Assembly (NCBI GenBank): GCA_002256025.1
Contig: NKIB01009591.1
Coordinates: 62,001-98,973, forward strand
Source of the DNA: Asterionella formosa
Lineage: Eukaryota
Direction: 5' to 3'
Length of the DNA stretch: 36,973 bases
Made by a program: the position numbers and the translations under genes. Below the pieces are notes generated by a model that did not search any database, was not told where the DNA came from, and saw only the letters and a list, made by a program, of their open reading frames with translations. Shown one piece after another: positions 29,755 to 36,973 of this stretch; position 1 is the first letter of the stretch; every line of letters starts with the position of its first letter.

Positions 29755-31395
29755 ATGAAAAGTATTGCACTAGCGTCCTTTGTATTTATTGGGTTGATCC
29801 AGATTGCAGTATCTTTTACAACTCATCATACAATCAAATTGCATTTGAAGCCATTGGCACACTTGATTCGTCAATCCAACCATGATTCATTGCAGCTTCG
29901 GCGGCGAGTTACTCTGTTGACCACCAAAGAAACTTCTGATGACGAACATGTATGTAATTGACGCTTTTGCGAATCTGGTGTATCTGCGCGGCATTGTATG
30001 TAATTCTAATACTTTCTGTCCATCGATCAGAATGTAGGCCCGCTGAAACGAGCTGTCCAAAAGTTTAAGGCCCGTCCTAGAACGTATTTGATAATTCCCT
30101 GTGTGGCTGCTCTAGTGGGATGGTTCACCAACTATCTAGCCGTTCAAATGATTTTCTACCCAATTAAATTTTGGGGTATTCCCATATGGTGTCGTCCAGA
30201 AATCCCTCTGGGTTTCATTGGTTGGCAGGGCATTGTGCCATGCAAGACACGGCCCATGAGTGAAGTCATGGTTAACATGGTAACAGAACAACTCTTGAGT
30301 GTACAAGAGGTGTTTATGCGGTTGGACCCACGTAAGGTGGGACGACTCTTGGCTCCAGAAGTACCAAAATTGACGAAAGAAATCATTGGAGACCTGGCAT
30401 TACCTCATTGGATTCAAGCCATGCCAGGAGCTGTCTTTACTGGCTTGAGTTCAGAATCACGATCCATTCTCAAAGTGTACAATGTTGATTTCTTGACTGG
30501 TCTTACAAAAGCAATGCAGCACAATATAAATTCGATCTTCAATATCCGTAACTGCGTCGTAAATCAAATGCTTTTGGACCGATCCCTGTTGGGTCAACTC
30601 TTTTACAAATGTGGGTCGAAGGAGCTTGACTTTTTGACAAATAGTGGCCTTTGGTTGGGTTTTGTCTTGGGTCTCATTCAAATGGTGATAGCTCTGTTTT
30701 GGGAAAACCCATGGCTGTCCAGTATTGGTGGAGCGATTGTTGGCTACGCTACAAACTGGCTTGCATTAAAATGGATTTTTGAACCTGTGAATCCGACCAA
30801 GTTCGGTCCATTTATTCTACAAGGTCAATTTCTTCGAAGACAAAAGGAGGTATCAGCAGAGTTTTCTCAGTTCTTCGCCCAGAAAATCTTGAATTCACAG
30901 CAGCTCTGGAATAGCATCTTGAGCGATCCGAGTACGACCCCTGCTTTCTACAGTCTGTTTAGTACCCACTTTTCAGGTTTTCTTAAGAAAGTGACAGGCG
31001 GACTATTGCGATTTACCCCAGAGCCTGAGGTCGTAGACTTTGCGACCAAAAAGGTTTTTGAAAAATTGCCAGAACATGTTGGTGTTTTGCACAGCTATAT
31101 TGACAAAACATTGAACTTGGAGAATTCATTGCGAGTGAAGATGGAAGCGATGACGTCAACTCAATTTGAACGTGTCTTGCATCCAATCTTTGAAGAAGAT
31201 GAGTTAACTTTGGTGTTGGCTGGAGCTGTATTGGGATTCGCTGCAGGTTTGATTCAGCAAGGTTTTGAGACAGGTCAGATCGATCTGAAGCCTTACTTTA
31301 AATGCTTGAAGAAGAGATTTCATAGGGTCGTTCAGTCGTTTGCTGCAATGCTTCAAATTCGTCGTGGTGACAAAAATGGCGAATCAAAAGAGTAA
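29755..31395 (+). CDS. Plastid-targeted DUF445-family membrane protein; join(29755..29949,30031..31395)
   Basis: AVS|FTT presequence. 81-nt GTATGT...CTAAT...ATCAG intron keeps frame. Repeated VGWFTNYLAVQMIFYP / VGYATNWLALKWIFEP, WQGIVP, and FERVLHPIFEEDELTLVLAGAVLG. Confidence 0.88.
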
Positions 31396-31631
31396 GTGTG
31401 TTGGATGCTATTAGGAGCTGAATTTAATGGTGCCAAAAGCTGCAAAATAGACAGTCGATGTACTCTCAATTTGAACACATATAAATCGAGCGCACATCGA
31501 CTACCAGTAACCTCACAGCGAGTGCAAATTGAGGATAAGATGTACTCAAAATCAAAATCGGTTTATATCCATCATGAATAGAAATCCATGTATCTTTTAT
31601 GGAACTACGCTATTTATTCTAGTGGCAAAAG

Positions 31632-32807
31632 TTAATCTGCTGATCTTTTCAAGGAAGCTAAGACTTCACCCCAAACTCCTTCCATGCTTTGGTTTGCATT
31701 GACTTGTCGGACCACTCCAAGGGGAGCGTAGTGTTTCAATATAGGCACTGTCTCACCATGATACCCTTGAAGACGCTTCACGAGAGCCGATGATGTGTCA
31801 TCAGGTCGCTGCATTAAGGGTTCACCAGTTTCATCATCCTTCATACTCTCTGGCACTGGGTTTCCATGGGTATCTAATTTCATCGACTTGGGAGGCGCAA
31901 ATTTAATGTGATAGGATCGCCCACTAGTCTTATGAATCCAACGTCCACAGATTCTTTCTTCCAATACACCGTCAGGAACTTGCAACTCAATGACTTTGGT
32001 GACACATGCACCTTCACTTGCCAACATACTATCCAGCGCTTTGGCTTGCTCCAAAGTCCGAGGGAATCCATCGAGGATGAAACCAAATTGACAGTCTTCT
32101 TCCTTGATACGGTCTCGGATGATTCCAATAACAATCTCGTCACTCACAAGACCTCCAGCCTTCATAACGGCCTGTGCCTTCTTTCCAATTTCGGTTTGAG
32201 CCGAGACCGCAGCTCGCAACATGTCACCAGTGGAGAGTTGTGGAGTGCCCAGCAAGTCTTCAATCTTGGGTCCATGCGTTCCTTTGCTGCCAAAATCAAA
32301 AAAAAACCCAACGAATGCACAACGTGTTAGATACCCCAAGCCCACGATACTAACTTATGGGCCTTCCATAGCCTGGTAATGTTGCACTTACCCAGCTCCA
32401 GGTGGTCCAAACAGAATCAAAATGTTGCGAGGCCAGTAAGTGCCAAACTTTGCTTTTGTTTCCTTCACAGCCTCCTCTACTGATTCCGTTTTTCCAAAGA
32501 AGTTGGAAGTCTTGGACTGCAACGACATGGCGATGAATGTTTCAGTCAGCTATTTCATAGCAAGGAATATGAACAAGAGGTCGCGCATGGGGGCCATTCT
32601 GACTGTGGGATTGACTCATGACCTAATAGTGCGGTTACTCACATCGTTGCAAAGCATGGCAGTTCCTCCCATTGCCAATCCCGCAATAGCGAGAAGCGGC
32701 AAGGCCTTCTCATTCTTGCTGCTGACGCGAGAAGCAGTAGCAAGAGTCCTTCGGGAAGAAGAAGCCAAGCGGCGAGTGGCGATACGGAGAGTGTTGGAGG
32801 CGAGCAT
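31632..32807 (-). CDS. ADK: Adenylate kinase, mitochondrial-targeted; complement(join(31632..32286,32392..32516,32643..32807))
   Basis: Introns 32642-32517 (GTGAGT..TTGCAG) and 32391-32287 (GTAAGT..GGCAG) restore the P-loop ILFGPPGAG|KGT. Also LSTGDMLR, GFILDGFPRT and LID GRWIHKTSGRSYH...DDETGEPLMQRPDD. Arg/Ser-rich presequence. Confidence 0.95.
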
Positions 32808-33386
32808 CGTCCTGGATGACAGCCTTTACTTTTATCTTTTATATAAAATATGTATATACATTTATTTGTGTCCTCTACATGTGAGGATGCAGATATTTTT
32901 CGGAGATCGATGATATACCTTTAACCACTATGTATGGATCACACTTTGTGATATTTGCACATATTCATACCTGAATTCTTTACTATCCATAGTCTATGGT
33001 AGAAACATATCATGTTGGTGAGGATCCAGCAGCGTACCGGTAGATTCGCGGGACGAGGGGCGCACAGACGACCACAAATGTTGGTTGATTGCTTGCTGGC
33101 ACGATGCCTTATTAATTATTAAAAATAGAGAGCGAGTACTGGTAAGGAATTAAAAAATTATACAGTGTACAGTACAACACAGTACGGAGTACATTTGTTT
33201 TACATGAGGGCTGATGTAAGAATGCGAAGCAACTGTATCGAGAAAAAAGGTGCAAGGTACTACGAGGTACCGGAACTCCCTCAAGAAACACATCATTGCA
33301 CATAGTTTGTGTTACAATTTTCAGACCAGTATTTGCATGCTTTCACTTTAAAGGAAGCACACCATCCAGCCATTAAAAATCAAATA

Positions 33387-35141
33387 ATGAGTGAACAAGA
33401 CGAGCAGCCGCAGACCAAAAAAATCAGAACCGAAGGCCTCTTGGATATTTTGTCGCCTCACATTTTAACTTTGGAATGCAAGGCCCTCAACGAAAACTAC
33501 GCAATGGCTACACCCTATCCCCATGGACGAATGGAGAAAATGTTCAGGGAAGGATTCCTCGAAAAGGTACTTGATGAAGTCAAATCAACAAGCGTTGTCA
33601 AATTCAAGGAATCGGATCTCTTTCGAGTGTATCAATCCATTGATCTTGGAAACTTGGCGGACGATGCACCACAGGCCATGGAATTGCCGTCTTTATTGGA
33701 ACTTAAGCGAGCCATCTACTCTCGGGAGTATAGGAACTTTATAGAGCGAGTCGTGGGGATTCCACAAGGTACTCTGACCGAACAAGTTGACTGTGCCGTC
33801 AATTGCCATATTTCTGGCTGCCATTTGCTCTGTCACGATGATGTGATCGGAACGCGCAAAGTGTCGTATATTATTTACCTCACTGAGGAGGGATGGAAAA
33901 AGGAAGAAGGTGGAGCATTAGAGCTTTATGAAAGTGAACTAGACAGCCAACAGCGACGAGTTCCTAAGCCTATTCCCAGCAAAACTCTCTTGCCCATTTT
34001 CAACACCATGGCGTATTTTGTTGTTGTTCCAGGGCAGTCATTTCATGCTGTTCAAGAAGTCTTTGGTGAACGACCCAGATTGTCAATTCAAGGTTGGTAT
34101 CATGCTAAAGAAAAACCGGAGAACATGGAGGAGGCGACTTTGAGTCAATTAAAATCGACCTTAAAGGGAGAAGACACCGAGGGCGTCTTTATTGCCTTTG
34201 ACGAGAATGATCATGACCAACTATTGGTGCTACCAAAAGAAGACATTGAGCATCTTTCGAAGTATATGAACACTACCTATATTACGGAGGAGTCGATAGC
34301 GGAGATTCGAAATCGGTTTGAAATAGACTCAAGTGTCCAACTTCGATCGTTCATTCAACCAGAATGGATCAACAAGATTAATTCAGCATGTGCTAAACGA
34401 GACGAAAAGTTCGGAAACGGAAATCCGGTACTTGACTACAACGCAGGTGTTGACAAAGATTGGAAGATAGTGGGGCCTGCTCACAAGCAAAGGTTTCTGG
34501 AGTACACTGGGACAAGTGATGGTGATATGGCCGGCTCCGTCATGGCTCAAATACGTCGGGAGTTGCTTGAATCACTTGCATTTGGACGCTTTCTAAATTG
34601 CATTACAGGTTTGGGTATGCCACTTGGCCATAGAGGACGTGTACGTCGCTTTCGCCCTGCTTTGGACTATACTGTGGCTCATTATGGAATTTTGACAACT
34701 CAATCCGTCCTGGATGCAACACTGTGCTTTGCAGCAGGAAACGGGAAACAGTGCCTCATGGACGAAGAGACTGGCGATTTGGTGGGCTCAGATGATGACG
34801 CCATTTGGGCGTCTGGCGACTGCGGTGGGTTTGAATGTTATATTGCTGCTGATGACGATAGTGATGAAGGTCACGAGGAAGCAGCAGATGAATATAACGC
34901 TGATGACGACACTGAACTGCTGAGTGTCTCAGCCAGTAATAATACACTTTCGTTGGTCTACAGAGATCCAGGAACCATGCGATTTGTGAAGTATGTTGGT
35001 TGTCGAGCTCCTAGCTCAAGATGGGATCTTAGTATGGAGTACGAAGTGCAAGTCACCGAAAGTGATGATGAGTGCACTGAAACAGATGACACAGTGGAGG
35101 GCAGAGGTCATGGTGTAAATGGAGGTGATAATGTAGATTGA
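33387..35141 (+). CDS. TPA1: Ribosomal protein uS12 prolyl hydroxylase, TPA1/Ofd1/OGFOD1 family
   Basis: ATG 33387. HLLCHDDVIGTRKVSYIIYL (HxD), GGALELY, SFHAVQEV, RLSIQGWYH. Second degenerate domain with GPAHKQRF, RRFRPALDYT and LSLVYRDPGTMRFVKYV. Confidence 0.92.
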   Translation: MSEQDEQPQTKKIRTEGLLDILSPHILTLECKALNENYAMATPYPHGRMEKMFREGFLEKVLDEVKSTSVVKFKESDLFRVYQSIDLGNLADDAPQAMELPSLLELKRAIYSREYRNFIERVVGIPQGTLTEQVDCAVNCHISGCHLLCHDDVIGTRKVSYIIYLTEEGWKKEEGGALELYESELDSQQRRVPKPIPSKTLLPIFNTMAYFVVVPGQSFHAVQEVFGERPRLSIQGWYHAKEKPENMEEATLSQLKSTLKGEDTEGVFIAFDENDHDQLLVLPKEDIEHLSKYMNTTYITEESIAEIRNRFEIDSSVQLRSFIQPEWINKINSACAKRDEKFGNGNPVLDYNAGVDKDWKIVGPAHKQRFLEYTGTSDGDMAGSVMAQIRRELLESLAFGRFLNCITGLGMPLGHRGRVRRFRPALDYTVAHYGILTTQSVLDATLCFAAGNGKQCLMDEETGDLVGSDDDAIWASGDCGGFECYIAADDDSDEGHEEAADEYNADDDTELLSVSASNNTLSLVYRDPGTMRFVKYVGCRAPSSRWDLSMEYEVQVTESDDECTETDDTVEGRGHGVNGGDNVD

Positions 35142-35324
35142 ACAGAGGGTGAATGAAACACTGCTGCAATATTTACCAAAATTACTGGATTCTCTCAAGT
35201 ACTGAGAGATATCAAAGCGATGTTGGAACTTTGTGCTGTAACAGTGCAAACATCTCTGGAGAATGATACATAGTAATTGTTTGAATTTATGAATTTTGAT
35301 CACATGTCATGATCTAAAGCTATA

Positions 35325-35671
35325 TTTACGTGAAATTCATACATGTACATATACTGCATCTAAGCCGCGTATTACGTGAAGTGACAATCATGTAAATAAG
35401 CCTAGTTGATTTTGAATGGATCACATGAATTAGTTGAATACATCAAAATGCTTACTTGAATATATCTATATATTATCTGAATACATCACGTTCATTATTT
35501 GATCAGAGTATCATGCATGCATTCCTGATCATCACTATATTACGTGATCACCTTCACATCATTATTTGAAATACTTCAATTAATTCTGTAATTCAGTTCA
35601 CATTGCCTTAAATTTTTGTTCACGTAATTCTATAATATAGTTCACGTAATGTATTAAATTTTTTACGTAAT
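35325..35671. repeat. Cluster of six ATTACGTGAA-like motifs, three forward then three inverted
   Basis: tttacgtgaa 35325, attacgtgaa 35371, attacgtgat 35539, ttcacgtaat 35619, ttcacgtaat 35641, tttacgtaat 35662. Confidence 0.8.
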
Positions 35672-35709
35672 TTAAAAGTACTATCAAATAATGTTGATTA
35701 CTAATTCAA

Positions 35710-36526
35710 CAACCGGTATTTCACATTACATGGGAAACAAATCTCGATATGCAATCAAACAAAGCTGTTCTATCAGAATGGAATCTTCAGTCTTGAGAAG
35801 TCAGGCATTATGAGACATCTGTAAGGACATTGCAAGACGAGGAGAAGCCATTCATTCAGAAGGGGGAAATTATTCACTCTTGAACACGCATCATTCTACG
35901 AAGTTGCAACATGAATGCATCCTCACACACTGATTTCCTTCTTGTACTTGAAATGACTTCTTCATTGACCTGCAGAGATTTTCATAACAACAGTGTGTCA
36001 GTAATGTATAAGATAGAACTAGCAACAGCAGAAAGCAACACACAGTTCATTCCGGACCTCATTGTCCCTGCCTGTTGTCAACAACAATGCGTGAGCTGAC
36101 AAGCCATACTAGCATTTAGGTAAACAACAAGAACACACTCACCATTCAACTGTATTGCAGAGTTCTTTTATTTGAGCCAAGGATTCAATTGACATTGCAG
36201 CAAACCCCTTCAATTCAGGAGCATTCGGATGAAATCCAGGATTGAGTATTGTTGCTTTCTGATTCTGTGTTAATGTCATATGATAACAGGGCTCCGTAAA
36301 TCATGAGTTGTTAGTGTGCCTTGGCGTGCTGTTTGTCATGCTGCCAGCTGCTGCTGTATTTATAATGAATTATTGAACAACTGGCACATAAAGATTCGCA
36401 TAGTCGTTGCCCACACAAGGGGCTGTGTCTGTGATGACCACGAATTGATTTAAAAGGACCTTTACCACAGAATTTACATTTGTCCTCGTCGTAATTGTCA
36501 CACAGATCCATGATATTTACTGTCAT
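35710..36526 (-). pseudogene. Decayed spliced gene with N-terminal C2HC-like zinc finger (possibly transposon-derived)
   Basis: MTVNIMD..CKFCGKGPFKSIRGHHRHSPLC followed by a frameshift and stops. Intron-like GTGAGT..CTCAC..ACAG and GTCCGG..CTGAC..TGCAG segments lie at about 35950-36142. Confidence 0.45.
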
Positions 36527-36973
36527 TCAGTGCTGTGTTGGCGAGAGAAAAATAAGAATAACCGGTAGCTAAAATAATGGACCTTGTTTGGCGCATATTT
36601 GGCAAACAATACTACCTGGTACCATCCTCATCAGTAGACATAATTCCACCAGTGTTGATTTTGAGTAATAATAATCACGTAAAAAAATTGGGTTGCCTAC
36701 CACTGGCTAGTAGTACATTTACCTAGTACCGGTAATAACCTACATAACATGAAAACTGGGAAGGGGAGAGGGAGCTTTTTTACCGGTAAGTGTCAGTTCT
36801 TCATGTGATGTGTACAACCGTAAAACTTTGATCTCAGATGGATGACATTAGACACCACAAATATCCTTACTATTTCATTAAGTAAAATGCGTGTTGTGAA
36901 TGTATTAGCCTCAAGAGCAGGATCTTAGTTGAACTTTCAAATGAATTATTTGAAACATCAACTAATTCAGTCT

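Overview
Eukaryotic nuclear DNA, almost certainly from a diatom. The evidence is short GT-AG introns of about 80-115 nt, four bipartite signal-peptide-plus-Phe (ASAF-type) plastid presequences, and a Cys/His protein family I know only from diatoms. I can support 18 intact protein genes: a plastid tandem GST-N/glutaredoxin protein, a TrmB-like methyltransferase, an SRR1-domain protein, a GIY-YIG-like/NFU fusion, EMC7, an unknown plastid protein, a bacterial-type DUF2332 protein, a dienelactone hydrolase, a Cys/His Zn-domain protein, a Lys/Arg-rich protein, LST8, an AP sigma subunit, a LAMTOR1-like protein, a PhzF-like protein, a DUF445 protein, adenylate kinase and TPA1/OGFOD1 (17 listed as CDS, counting spliced genes once). 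They are interleaved with CpG-depleted relic blocks: a decayed Gypsy gag-like segment at 1-975, a 1-kb CpG-free tract at 12.2-13.3 kb, and intron-bearing pseudogenes at 21-24.7 kb and 35.7-36.5 kb. The most striking unexplained signal is a self-complementary heptamer tangle, (GGTACCW)n/TACCGGTA. It sits upstream of nearly every gene start and is absent from the 34-40 bp tail-to-tail gaps. A 164-bp tandem duplication copies the 3' ends of two convergent genes. I recognised no rRNA, tRNA or CRISPR array. All family assignments come from motif recognition by eye, not database searches.
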